A DNA stretch of 63,356 nt, filler included, from Basidiobolus ranarum (lineage: Eukaryota), in the NCBI GenBank assembly GCA_040143965.1. It is 55 parts of 55 records of this genome, joined end to end, with 100 filler letters (N's around TTAATTAATTAA, not from the genome) between each part and the next. Parts side by side here need not be neighbours in the genome. Positions count along the whole stretch, not along the records: positions 1 to 1,059 come from JASJQH010013509.1; positions 1,160 to 2,218 come from JASJQH010013510.1; positions 2,319 to 3,377 come from JASJQH010013511.1; positions 3,478 to 4,535 come from JASJQH010013512.1; positions 4,636 to 5,693 come from JASJQH010013513.1; positions 5,794 to 6,851 come from JASJQH010013514.1; positions 6,952 to 8,009 come from JASJQH010013515.1; positions 8,110 to 9,167 come from JASJQH010013516.1; 47 more parts are not named here. One strand, written 5' to 3'. The position numbers were made by a program, and so were the translations under genes. Below, one piece after another: positions 1 to 11,297 of this stretch. The stretch's first letter is position 1; the number at the start of each line of letters is the position of its first letter. The notes beneath the pieces are model-generated. The model searched no databases and was not told the origin of the DNA. It saw nothing but the letters and a program-made list of their open reading frames with translations.

Positions 1-2
1 TG

Positions 3-434
3 CCGCGCACAAACAGACCTCAAAGGAAAGTGAAAACCTCTCCCGTACAAGTGGTAACATCTAGCAATGCAGACCTACAGACAATGCTCAATCTAGTTAA
101 CCAGCAACGTCAACAAAATGGTGCTGCTCCACTCAAACTCGACGATCATTTGGTACAGGCAGCTCAGAAGCATACTGATTATCAAGCTCGTGTTGGGCAA
201 ATGACTCACGATGAACCTGGAAGACCTTTAAGTACTCGAGTTACCGAAACTGGATTCAACTGGAGAGCTATCGGAGAAAATGTAGCCCAGGGTTATACTA
301 GTATCGAGATGGTCATGGAAGGTTGGATGAATTCCGCTGGACATCGAAGAAATATCCTCAACCCACAATTCACTTCCTTTGGTTCGGGTTATGTTGTCAA
401 TGGCAACTACTGGACTCAAGTCTTTGGTGCCTAA
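3..434 (+). CDS. CAP/SCP (cysteine-rich secretory/PR-1) domain protein, YkwD-like subtype, 5'-partial
   Basis: VNQQR..G..PL..D..L..AAQKH, MTHD, GENVAQG, WMNSAGHRRNILNP motifs; frame open from position 3; normal CpG content. Confidence 0.9.
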   Translation, partial: PRTNRPQRKVKTSPVQVVTSSNADLQTMLNLVNQQRQQNGAAPLKLDDHLVQAAQKHTDYQARVGQMTHDEPGRPLSTRVTETGFNWRAIGENVAQGYTSIEMVMEGWMNSAGHRRNILNPQFTSFGSGYVVNGNYWTQVFGA

Positions 435-796
435 TTTAATCAATGCTGTTCGTTCAATAAACAATGAATATGCTACAAATAAACGATGAATACTACCATA
501 CTGACTTTGATATTGCCCTCAATTGTAAGAGTGAGTAACCAATCACAAATTGGGAATGATTGAAACACAGGGTTAGCGCTTTCTATCATCCGAAAGAGCG
601 ATTTTCAATCTATAAGTGAAGGAACTATCCCTTAAACGGAAAACTGCACATAAATCTACAAGTCTGGCAGAAGATGGCATATAGAGGACAATCTTCTCCT
701 GGGAGAACATAATTCTCGCAGGTGGATCCCCATGAGATTTAGATAAATATACGAGGGACATCATGGATGACGTATCATTCACTTGACTTCCATAGC

Positions 797-1059
797 ATGA
801 GATATTCCTACATTCCTATTTGTATCCTGGCTTTGATCGCGCTATTCTTCCATGGGGTTGGAGCGGCTTGTAACGCCCAAGTGACCTTTGATGCTTGCAT
901 AGAGCGTGGCAAACAATACACCGCTTTGTGTTCAGACAACGATTGGCCATGTAAATGTCAACGACAGAAGGATATTTTGAATTGTTATAATTTATGCCCA
1001 GAAGATAAAGCGGTACAGGCACAAGGGGAGATTCAAAAGACGGTTGTGAATGCCGATTG
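797..1059 (+). CDS. Secreted Cys-rich protein, 3'-partial; resembles the N-terminal domain of fungal GPI-anchored Ser/Thr-rich proteins
   Basis: Signal peptide MRYSYIPICILALIALFFHGVGA, then CNAQ..FDAC...C..NDW.C.C....L.CYN.CP.D spacing. Confidence 0.75.
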
Positions 1060-1159
1060 NNNNNNNNNNNNNNNNNNNNNNNNNNNNNNNNNNNNNNNNN
1101 NNNTTAATTAATTAANNNNNNNNNNNNNNNNNNNNNNNNNNNNNNNNNNNNNNNNNNNN
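1060..1159. other. Artificial contig linker (44 N + TTAATTAATTAA + 44 N); first of 54, recurring every ~1150-1160 nt
   Basis: Identical 100-nt spacer with a six-frame stop palindrome; contig lengths fall monotonically from 1059 to 1048 bp. Confidence 0.99.
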
Positions 1160-2218
1160 ACTGGATCTAAAATCAAGAAAATATGTACTGATAATGGTGG
1201 AGAATATACTTCAACACTATTTAAGCACTTTTGCAAAGTTCATGGAATTAAGCAAGAAACTACTGCCCCTATTCACCGCAACAAAATGGAGATGCTGAAA
1301 GAGCTAACAGGACTATAATAGAAATGGCAAGATCTATGATAAATGCACAAAATTTATCTTTCAACTTTTGCATGGAATCTGTTGCTACAACTGTATATCT
1401 GAAGAATAGGAGCTTTACTAGAAGTCTGTTTAACTCTACACCATATCAAGCTTGGTTTGGAGTTAGACATGATGTAAAATAGTTGAGGATCTTTGAATAC
1501 ATCACTTATGTAAAAATTATGAACAAAAATTGGTCTAAATTTGATCCAAAAAGTAAGAAATGCATATTTCTAGGTTATTGCACTCAAACTAAGGCTTACA
1601 GACTCTATGATACCAAAATTTCCAAGTTAATCAAGTCCAGGGATGTTTTGTTTATTGAAAATGAAAAAGTTTCATCCAAAATGACCTGAGATGATGACAA
1701 AAATCAATTTTCTCCTGATGCAATCATTCAAATTGATTCAAACCAACACAATGAAGAAAATAGCATTACTGTGGACCCTTCAACCAAAATTTTGCCTACT
1801 GAAGTGCCCAATACAATGCCAGAAGTTGTGGTACCTTTGTCCCAAACCAGGAGATCAAATCAGATCAGAAATAGCTCTGATTACTATATCAATGAGTCTC
1901 CAAATTGGGCCTCTGCCTGCACAGCTCAAATACATGAACCCCAGACAGCAAAAGAGGCCCTGAATTGCCCTCACACAAAATTTTGCAGATCTGCAATGGC
2001 TGATGAATACCAGGCTTTGATTGATAGTCAAACTTGAATTTTAACTAACTTACCTGATGATAGAAAATCAATTGGCTGCCAATGGGTTTTTAAAGCTAAA
2101 TACAACTCTGATGGCAATATACAAAGGTACAAGGCTAGACTAGTAGCCAAAGGCTATTCCCAAACACCAGGAATAGATTATATAGAAACTTTTGCTCCTG
2201 TAGCAGAGTATAATTCAA
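1160..2218 (+). mobile_element. Ty1/Copia family A, decayed integrase core to RT N-terminus
   Basis: TDNGGEY, QQNG.AERANR, CIFLGY, YKARLVAKGYSQ.PGIDY.ETFAPV with stops and frameshifts. Confidence 0.95.
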
Positions 2219-2318
2219 NNNNNNNNNNNNNNNNNNNNNNNNNNNNNNNNNNNNNNNNNNNNTTAATTAATTAANNNNNNNNNNNNNNNNNNNNNNNNNN
2301 NNNNNNNNNNNNNNNNNN

Positions 2319-2770
2319 AAAATTTTGGAAGTGGTGGTTTCCTGTACCAAAGTAGGTTGTGAATCAGGAAGAATCTGCTTTGACATGATACGTAACTACC
2401 ATATATATCTATGATGTTAGACTTTATTGATCTCAATTGGAATTAGGGATCTTTTTATATTATTGGTTAAAATGTCAAAGTTAATTTCCTATAGTGTGAT
2501 CAAGCATAATGCATTCCACTTTGAGCCGTTTCAATATATGCGCTAAATAAATTGATTTGGATTGAACTATGATTAACTTTGCTGATGCAGTTTATTATAT
2601 AATTTCCATGCAATTACATATAATTGAAATAATTAGGATAATAAATGCAAACAGAAATTTTATTATACAGAATGTAGGGAATTTTACCATGATAATTGAA
2701 ATTCTTAGATAAATAACTTGCACATGCCAGATTGATCAGTATTGTGCCAGCTCAATACAAGATTAATAGC
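2319..2770. mobile_element. PHIS element: start of divergent ORF2 (ATG at 2386, minus) plus AT-rich bidirectional spacer
   Basis: Collinear with 27167-27614. Confidence 0.75.
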
Positions 2771-3377
2771 ATGCTCTCCATCTACTCCAAATGGTCATTT
2801 GTCATTAATCCAAAAGCAACTACCGGATTTCCTATCACCACCCTAGAAGCTATATTTGAGAAATGCTGTGGCTCATATACTCCAATACCTACCAGAAAGC
2901 AGCTAGTCAATTTGTTTTGTTACTACAAAAACTATTGTCCAATCTGATTTCAGTGCACTATTAATGGTAGCACAAGTGGGAGAAGCTTCCATACCAGGCT
3001 TCAAGTAAGTGAGTATTATCTAGCTTTAGTGATGAATGATGTGGAAGGGGCCTGGGACAAAAGATTTAGAGACTCTAATATCCTTCCATTTCCTGGAGTA
3101 TATCCCAACAGAGTTCATAGCAGAAGTATTCTTGACACATTTCCAGTCAGAATTAACAGGCCCAAAAGCAACCAAGAGCTATTCTATTCTGGCAAGTACA
3201 AAGCCCACTCTGCAAAGTTCCAGGCTTTGACAGATATGGAAGGAAACATCATTTGGTTTGGTGGGCCACATCCAGGGAGACACCATGACAAAAGGCTTTG
3301 GGTTGAGAGCCATGCACCAGGCATGCACCAATTGTAAGATATGAGAAGACTATGGCTGATTTGGCATATGTTGGGGA
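2771..3377 (+). pseudogene. DDE_Tnp_4 (PIF/Harbinger-ISL2EU/PHIS) transposase, 3'-partial
   Basis: ILDTFPVRINRP, FYSGKYKAHSAKFQ, G.I.W..GP.PGRHHD, then frameshifted MADLAYVG; one in-frame TGA at 2945. Confidence 0.88.
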
Positions 3378-3477
3378 NNNNNNNNNNNNNNNNNNNNNNN
3401 NNNNNNNNNNNNNNNNNNNNNTTAATTAATTAANNNNNNNNNNNNNNNNNNNNNNNNNNNNNNNNNNNNNNNNNNNN

Positions 3478-3624
3478 TGGATCAATATATTAGAGTAAAT
3501 GTGATAGAAATTGATCATGCCAGAGGGTGATGGATAGTGCCAAATTGTGCCACATAAATTTTAGAATACTTTATCCAATATGATATATCAAGCACAATCT
3601 GGCACTATCACCGGGAACAAGTCC
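3478..3624. mobile_element. Partial MITE (same family as 51112-51293) inserted in CACTA ORF2
   Basis: Ends GGGAACAAGTCC followed by ATT; reverse complement of the 51112 copy. Confidence 0.8.
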
Positions 3625-4535
3625 ATTTTATGTGCTGATGTTTTGGCTAGTTGAGAGGTGCCAGGTATTAGATAGAATTCCAAATTTAGCACTCTTCCAA
3701 CTGGTGTACCTGGTTCCATGTTGAAATTAAGCTTTTTTGCAAGTATATCTGACTCTGGATATGCAGATCTTTATAATGGTGTGAAGAGTTTCGTAAGTGG
3801 GACAGTAGAGCCTGAACTCATTGACTTCTTTGCTTTTCCCATGGGTTTACTAACTTCCTGCTTGTTGAGTACTTCTTTAACTGCTTTTCTGTCCTTTACA
3901 AGTTGCTGATATTGGGAAAATATGGGCTGTTTGGAGGAACTATAGAAAAGTGGAGTTGTGAATAACTTTGTGAGATACCTATTTATTGTCCAGAAATAAA
4001 GCATTTATACATTTTGGTGGAAATACAGAAAACTAACACTGGAGTTGTATTCAGAAAATATGTGGGAGTAAAATGGGCTATCTTTGGGGCATTTCGGATG
4101 TGTTTGAAATCTCCAATATGGAATTGCTAACTCTCACATAATGCACATATACATATAATATATGTTCCAATTTTCAGTTAGGTGATATTTGATCAAGTAA
4201 TGTTAACTAACTTAAATGAGATATATGCAATAGTTAGGTGTATGAAGATAGATATAACAAATATGATAAAGACAATAAACTTCAACAGATATTTATATAC
4301 ATTTTTGAGATGTTTCATGAACAGGCCTAAACCAGCCTAATTCCCATTTGCTTGCAAAAACCCAGGATAAGCCATATGAAATAAGTCAAGAACCTATAGA
4401 GTAATGCCTGGTTTTTGGTTTTCCTTGAATGGCTCAAATCCAGGTGATTTTGGCCAAGATTCCACACAGTTTCCAACATATTAAACTACTCATCATCAGA
4501 GCAAGTGATGGCAGCTCTGACATTTAGAGTCTTTT
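3625..4535 (-). mobile_element. CACTA/EnSpm element ORF2, central part, interrupted by a solo LTR-B
   Basis: Collinear with 62430-62940 and 8960-9167. Confidence 0.8.
3910..4287 (-). repeat. Solo LTR of Copia family B (378 bp, TGTTGAAG...CCCAATA)
   Basis: Same length and sequence family as 52291-52668; host sequence continues on both sides. Confidence 0.9.
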
Positions 4536-4635
4536 NNNNNNNNNNNNNNNNNNNNNNNNNNNNNNNNNNNNNNNNNNNNTTAATTAATTAANNNNNNNNN
4601 NNNNNNNNNNNNNNNNNNNNNNNNNNNNNNNNNNN

Positions 4636-4745
4636 CTAAGTGATATTTGACTAAATAATGTTGACTAACTAATATGTGATATATGAAATAGTTAGGTGTA
4701 TAAAGATAGAGATAATAAATATGATAAAGACAATAAACTTCAACA
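4636..4745 (-). repeat. LTR-B 5' end inserted in Copia A
   Basis: Ends ...GACAATAAACTTCAACA as in other LTR-B copies. Confidence 0.88.
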
Positions 4746-5693
4746 AGATCTTCATGTAAAGGTCAAAAGCAACTTAAGAAGAAAAGTAACACATTTGGTG
4801 ATTACACCAAAAGAACTGGCCATTTAAGCAAAGATTGCTTCAAAAGAGTTGCAAAAGAAGACAAATGTAGTGAATCTGGAAATGAGTTACAACAGAAGAT
4901 CACTTGTTCATATCTGCACTATCTATGACTACAAACAGGGATTCCCAGACATGGTATATTGATTTTGGAGCCTCACAACATTTCACAAATGAAAAACATC
5001 TGTTTGTGAATTATGAAGAAATCCCAATTAGAAAGGTTTTTATGTGAGATGACTGCACATTGGATGCTATTGGAATGGGAAAACATCAAGTCAATTTAAC
5101 TGGAGCTTCTAAAGAGAAGGCATATAGTTTTAAGGATATACTACGTGTTCCAGATTTTGCCAAGAATTTAATATCTGTGTGCAAGGCCACCTCTGAAGGG
5201 CTAAAATTCAATTTTGATAAGTCAGGATACACCATCACTGATCAAGATGGAAATTATTAGGTTTGGGAGAAAAGGATCAGAACTTATATAAACTTACATA
5301 TAATCCAAAAGGTTTATATATAGATATAAGTTGTTCCAATCAAGAAACTATTCAATTATGGCATAAGAGATTTAGCCACATTGGATTTGAATATTTGAGC
5401 AAAATGATCAAAAATTGCCTAATTTCTGGATTTCAAATAACCCCCCAACCAAAATGGAAACTTGTGAGGGTTACATGTATGCAAAACAAGTCAGGCAACC
5501 ATTCAAGAGCTCTGGTTTAATTAAATCTGTCAAAAAAATGGATCTAATTTGTTCAGAGTTGTGTTGACCTATGGAAAGTTTGTCTTTAGGTGGAAAAAGA
5601 TATTTAATCACATTTATTGAAGATTATACAAGATACACTTGGGTCTACTTTATGGAAAGAAAAGAAGAAGCTCTCTCTATCTTTAGAGATTTT
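4746..5693 (+). mobile_element. Copia family A, zinc knuckle-protease-pre-integrase-integrase start, decayed
   Basis: WYID.GASQH, VPDFAKNLISV, LWHKRFSH, decayed DLCGP region. Confidence 0.92.
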
Positions 5694-5793
5694 NNNNNNN
5701 NNNNNNNNNNNNNNNNNNNNNNNNNNNNNNNNNNNNNTTAATTAATTAANNNNNNNNNNNNNNNNNNNNNNNNNNNNNNNNNNNNNNNNNNNN

Positions 5794-6208
5794 AGGACTA
5801 GAAACAACAACAAGAGGCTAGAAGGCAGGAGAGTACTTGGGTGCAGACCACAAGACAAGACAAGACTGGACAATGAAGATACTGTGACAAGAATCTTTAT
5901 TGATAACTGGCATTGATCAGACTGAGGTCTGATCAAGGAATACATGGGGCTTATATAGATATTGCAAGATGAAACATAGTATACTGAATAGGGAATATAC
6001 TGTGGCCAGTTTGAGAGTTGGGGTGTTGGGGACTACAAGGACCAATACAAAGAGGGATGATGTAAGGATGAAGAAAGGATGATCAGGTGACTTTCCATGG
6101 AAGGTCTTGGCAGAAATACACTATGTGTGGGATGACATGATTGGTTAGGTTACATGGAATGTTCTAAAGAACATGATCTCCATATAAGATAATCTGGATG
6201 AACTGACA
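5794..6208 (-). repeat. LTR-like repeat D, copy 1
   Basis: Diverged inverted copy of 6310-6640; starts TGTCAG on the minus strand; contains TATA-like CTATATAAG. Confidence 0.6.
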
Positions 6209-6290
6209 CCAGATTGCCAACAAGGGATGGCACAGCAGATATGATGTCATAATCTAATAATAGAGAAGTTCTATTTGTAGTGGATCAGTA

Positions 6291-6660
6291 TGTCAAGATC
6301 AGAATCATGACACATAGTGTACTTCCACCAAGGCCTTCCATGGCAGGTCACCTAATCATCCACACATCATCCCTGTTTGTATTGGTCCTTGTAGTCCCCA
6401 ACACCCCAATACTTGAACTTGCCACAGTATATTCCCTATTCAGTATATTATGTTTCACCCTGCAATATCTATATAAGCTCCACATATTCCTTGCTCAGAC
6501 CTCAGTCTGATCATCACCAGTTATCAAAAAAGATTCTTGCCAAAGTTTCTTGCCTGTCTAGTTTTGGCTTGTCTCTTCTTGTGGTCTCTACCCATGTACT
6601 CCTCTGCATTCTAGCCTCATGTCATTGTTTCCAGTCCTTGTGTGATTCCTTATTGGGACA
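6291..6660 (+). repeat. LTR-like repeat D, copy 2 (boundaries tentative)
   Basis: TGTC...GACA ends; inverted relative to copy 1. Confidence 0.55.
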
Positions 6661-6722
6661 GTTTGCTCAGACTACTTACACTTGCCTGTAGACTTCTCTC
6701 CATTCCTGTTCTCCAACCTTGC

Positions 6723-6851
6723 TATTAGGAAAATATGGGCTGTTTGGAGGAACTTTAGAGAGGAGGAGTTGTGAATAGCTTTGTGAGATAATTGTTTATT
6801 GTCCAGAAATAAAGCATTTATACTTTTTGGTAGAAATACAGAAAACTAACA
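6723..6851 (-). repeat. LTR-B 3' end
   Basis: TATTAGGAAAATATGGGCTG... Confidence 0.88.
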
Positions 6852-6951
6852 NNNNNNNNNNNNNNNNNNNNNNNNNNNNNNNNNNNNNNNNNNNNTTAAT
6901 TAATTAANNNNNNNNNNNNNNNNNNNNNNNNNNNNNNNNNNNNNNNNNNNN

Positions 6952-7322
6952 CTCTTGTTTCTGAGTTAGCTTTATAGCTGCATGAAACAAAACAGCCTAA
7001 AAATGTTGCTATAGACTACCAGTTCAACCTTTGGAAGCAATACCTTGCCTCTAAGACACCTTTTTTAATTCCCATTATTCCAGGTTTTTGTCCTATTGTC
7101 CATCTGGTTTGTACTGAGTACCTTCCATTCTGCTTACCACCTTTGCCCCTTAACACTATATTTACATCCTCTGAACTTGATTACATTGGTCATCAAGTTA
7201 AGTATGGATATGATGCAGTATTGTCACAATATCATAAAAGATTGATGCCTTGATTGTCACTTTGTTTAGCTTAGTATTTAAGCTAAATAAAGTCCACACC
7301 ATCTGGTGCTTTTCATCCCCCC
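6952..7322. mobile_element. Non-coding interspersed repeat E (probable non-autonomous TIR element)
   Basis: Shared with 47363-47597 and 56153-56463; all end at GCTTTTCATCCCCC-like terminus followed by TAA. Confidence 0.7.
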
Positions 7323-8109
7323 TAAGCCTAAATGCATAAGCTAACTCTTAGTACCTACTACCGGGATTTTGTCATGTCTATGTCACTTGTACTAGTATCT
7401 TCAAAAGTATAATGGAATCTTCTTAGCTTTATGTTGTCCACAACAACCCATGTTTATTCGCATATATGACCGCCAACCCCTATGATTCAACTCAACATAT
7501 ATGTAATATCACTAACCCTTAGAAACAGTATCGTTGAGAGAAAAAAGTTCTCTCTTTAGTCCATAAAAGTCGTTGTTAGCTCTACATTGACGAAGCGGTT
7601 TTCCAGAAACGTTTATGGAAAATCCAAGTACGTTGATAGAAGTGAGCTTATACTCATATAGAGAATGTCCTGTTCAGAGTTAAAAAGGGGCTTAACCCCG
7701 ACAGATTACGGTTTGACTTTTGTAACAACGATGAAAGCTTATCTGCTAAATATAGAAGTTCTAACGAGTTTTGGAATTTCAACGCACACTGAATGTCAAC
7801 ATTCAAAATTTTAGAACAGTATGTAGCATTTTATGTTTCTTCAAATGGGAATATTAGCAGGTCGATACGAATCAAATCATTACAAAACGTTTAGACTTGT
7901 TTACCAAGACCAGATTTTTCGTATACCATATCAACAGCTACCATGGAATTTAAGAAGTCTTCTCCATTAACACCGCTATCTTCATCAACCATAGTCCAGA
8001 AGGGGTCACNNNNNNNNNNNNNNNNNNNNNNNNNNNNNNNNNNNNNNNNNNNNTTAATTAATTAANNNNNNNNNNNNNNNNNNNNNNNNNNNNNNNNNNN
8101 NNNNNNNNN

Positions 8110-8224
8110 ATACATGTTTCAGAGCCTAGTTAAGGCCCTAGAATCAAGAACTAAAAATTTTACCTTAAGTTATATATTTGGCACACTTCTGGACAAAGAT
8201 TTACACAAATCAGGATTCAACCAA
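8110..8224 (+). mobile_element. Copia A gag fragment
   Basis: FQSLV.ALESRT.N.TL.Y.FG.LLD. Confidence 0.85.
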
Positions 8225-9167
8225 CCCTAACAGAAATTTGAGGATTGTTATTGTAGGAAAACCATAACAATTTTAATCCATTTGGGATTGATAATTTACT
8301 TACCATCATAAAATCATCAAGTTAGATTTGATTTTAATCAATTTATTCAGTTTCAGGAGTGAAATTTCAAGATCTTGCAAAATAGTTGTACATGATTGGC
8401 TAAAATCTCAGAGAACTATGGATCAACACATGGGCAAAAGATGTAACTCAGATTTTACACAGTTACCACTTGAATGCTAATTTGTCACCTTAGAAATCCC
8501 TAGTCTCTTGGATATATTCTTGTGAATATTTTTATTAAGTTCTTCATACCCAAGGTTTAGCTCATACCCAACATGAGTCTGTATCAATATCCCCATCAAA
8601 GCCCACCATTGTATTAATGTTGCCAAATTAACATTCTTCCAGCTATCAGGGGGATACCCTGCAATATTGTGCCATTCTGTATTAAGTTCTTCCCAGATAT
8701 CTGAACAGTCAACACTGGACTGAATGTCAAGTTGAATGTTCTTCTTCTGAAGCCACTTTCTGCATATTTGCACTCTGTTTTTCCCTTCACACTTTTGAAA
8801 ATACTCCTCAAGCACTTTGACTGTTTTTGTCCATCCTTGTAGTGTGACACTACTGAGGGTGCTTTGCAGTGTTTGTGCGGCTTTTTGCTTGCCCTTAACT
8901 TTGGGGCTAATTTCAGCACTTTGAAAAGTACCAATTGAGGTTGGAGAGCCGTGAGTTTTATTTGCTGGTGTTGTGGCTGGTTCAGAGATGCTAGGTGTTG
9001 GACAAACTTCCAAATTTAGAACTCTTCCAACTGTTGGCACCTGGTTTCATGGTGAAATTAAGCTTTTTGCCAGTATATCTGAATTTGGAATTGCAGAACT
9101 TTGTAATGGTGTGAAGGATTTGTTAAGTGGGACAGCAGAGTCTAAACTCACTGGCTCCTTTGCTTTT
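8225..9167 (-). mobile_element. CACTA element: ORF2 C-terminal part (8477-9040) and ORF2-side TIR at 8225
   Basis: CCCTAACAGAAAT terminus; 187-aa open frame shared with at least 6 other contigs. Confidence 0.85.
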
Positions 9168-10425
9168 NNNNNNNNNNNNNNNNNNNNNNNNNNNNNNNNN
9201 NNNNNNNNNNNTTAATTAATTAANNNNNNNNNNNNNNNNNNNNNNNNNNNNNNNNNNNNNNNNNNNNATATATGATGGGTAATTTTATATATGATGGATA
9301 ACTTTACATTTCTATTTGAGATATTTCTTCCACAAAGCCTGAAAATAACAATTAGCAGTAGTCACAATCATGGCTATGAGAAATAGTGATCATGGAGCAA
9401 TTGAAATAGAATGTATCGTCAAGCTATAAAGTAAGAGTGCTATTCCAACCAGCTTCCCGGTAGACTTGGTCACCTCACATCAGGCTACAAAATTATCTAA
9501 TTTCCTGGATCTAGCACCAAGGGACCAAGAGTTTCCTCTAACTTTCACACCCTTTCACACCTTGCTTCACGCAGAATAAAACGAAAATGTTTGGTCAAAG
9601 GCTTCCTAGGATGAAGTTTGACTATACTGAACAGTATTCCAATACTGCAGCTGGTTACGAGTATTCCGATTCTAAAAGCTTGTTTGTTCAATTCCCCCTT
9701 AATCTCCAAATAAGGACTATACCCATTGATAGCTTTCATTCCTCACTATTTGGAGTCCAGTTCGTTATAATTGTTGATCATTTTCCATTTAGTAATGCTG
9801 CATGCATGAATATTCACTTGAGCCTAGAATTGCGCTTACCCCGAACCGATACCAAACTTTTTCCACCAAACCGTTCTAATGCATATTTGCATATTTTTTC
9901 TATATGCTTAGCATCATTCATCGAAATTACAACTCTAGCTCTCTTAGCGTTTAAGATTCGTTAGTAATCATTGTTTACGCATTCGTAACTAGCTAAGCTA
10001 AGAATGTGCAAGTAACATTAAACTTCATGTTTATCCCATTACAACCAGTCTTTTGTGTTGGTATCACTACCACTGCCTCATCACAACCAATGCCTCTTTA
10101 AATAGTATAATGAGTTTGATCTGGATTCAGCTCTGCCTAGATCCTTTACATCAAGGTTCATGTGAGGACTGCAGCCGTCAGATACTACTTTCAAATCCCG
10201 TCAATCTTTGCTCTTCAACTGCTCGGGTACAGTTGTCTAGAACTAGTCATTTTGATATGAAATTAAGCGTGCTCACATATTGGTTGTTTTGTCAGTTGCC
10301 TGATTGTGACTGATGATACTCAGTCNNNNNNNNNNNNNNNNNNNNNNNNNNNNNNNNNNNNNNNNNNNNTTAATTAATTAANNNNNNNNNNNNNNNNNNN
10401 NNNNNNNNNNNNNNNNNNNNNNNNN

Positions 10426-10635
10426 ACCATTACCAACAGTGATGGATCTCGTATGCCATCCCAGAAGGAGCATGAAGTAGCCGAGTTGCAAGGACAAAAC
10501 TATGGTGAGATTGTGTTGCGTCACACTCAGCCCCAAGTAGTGGAGAAAATTGTTGAGAAGATTGTGGTCAAAGAAGTTCCAGCTAAGGTTGAACTTGCCG
10601 AGAAGAAATCATTCCTTAAGAAGTTATTTGCTTGA
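10426..10635 (+). CDS. WrbA/Pst2-like flavodoxin NAD(P)H:quinone oxidoreductase, C-terminal end (5'-partial) with C-terminal extension
   Basis: TITNSDGSRMPSQKEHEVAELQG matches the WrbA GT...DGSR.PS..E..A..QG end. Confidence 0.85.
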   Translation, partial: TITNSDGSRMPSQKEHEVAELQGQNYGEIVLRHTQPQVVEKIVEKIVVKEVPAKVELAEKKSFLKKLFA

Positions 10636-11297
10636 ATGACATTCAAGCTATACTTGTAAAGAACCAAAGTCTATGTACCATAATAATACAATTTTCACTT
10701 ATAGGGAGAAAGCATTAAGTTGACGACTTCAACAGTTTCAAATTAAGTTGATGTCCATTTTGCAATAAATAAATAAATTATGATCAACTTAAATATGTTT
10801 CTTTGTTTTGCATGCAATAATACTCAAAATGAAATCTCTTCTAAAAAGCCACTTTTATATCGCAATATTTGTTATTAAAAGTATCTGCCTAAATAGTGTT
10901 AACGCAACACTACTACAAATTATGACTTCGTCATAGCAAGCAACCCTACCCCTAGATGTTAGAAGATGGATTTGATGCAGTTGCCATGGCAATCCCTAAT
11001 CCAATGAAACGTCTTGGTAGTATATATCACGATGGTGGTATTAGGAGTAGAAGTAATATTAGTATCAATCCAGATCACTTAGCAGCTCGGAATAATAATA
11101 CATATATGAGATATTTATCCTACAGTGTTCCGATGCCAACATGCTAAATTTTTCCGGTAATTGGAAATACACTGGCGAAATTTTACAATAAATAACGTTT
11201 GCCAGGCACTCTTAATTATCAACAAATATCATTTCCAAAGCGACTTTGGTTCTCACCTCCACTCCCATTTACAGATTAACTATCAAAGATATACAAA

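Noticed and set aside
1104-1115. Regularly spaced TTAATTAATTAA palindrome as a CRISPR-like array or biological repeat
   Set aside because: Always centred in 88 Ns; it is a synthetic six-frame-stop linker
7326-8009. Possible exons and short introns (GTACGT at 7628, GTATGT at 7819)
   Set aside because: I could not build a stop-free spliced frame
8225-8232. CCCTAA/TTAGGG as telomeric sequence
   Set aside because: Only single units, always at transposon termini; no tandem array
9268-10325. Short ORFs in a CpG-retaining contig
   Set aside because: No recognisable motif or consistent exon structure; left unassigned
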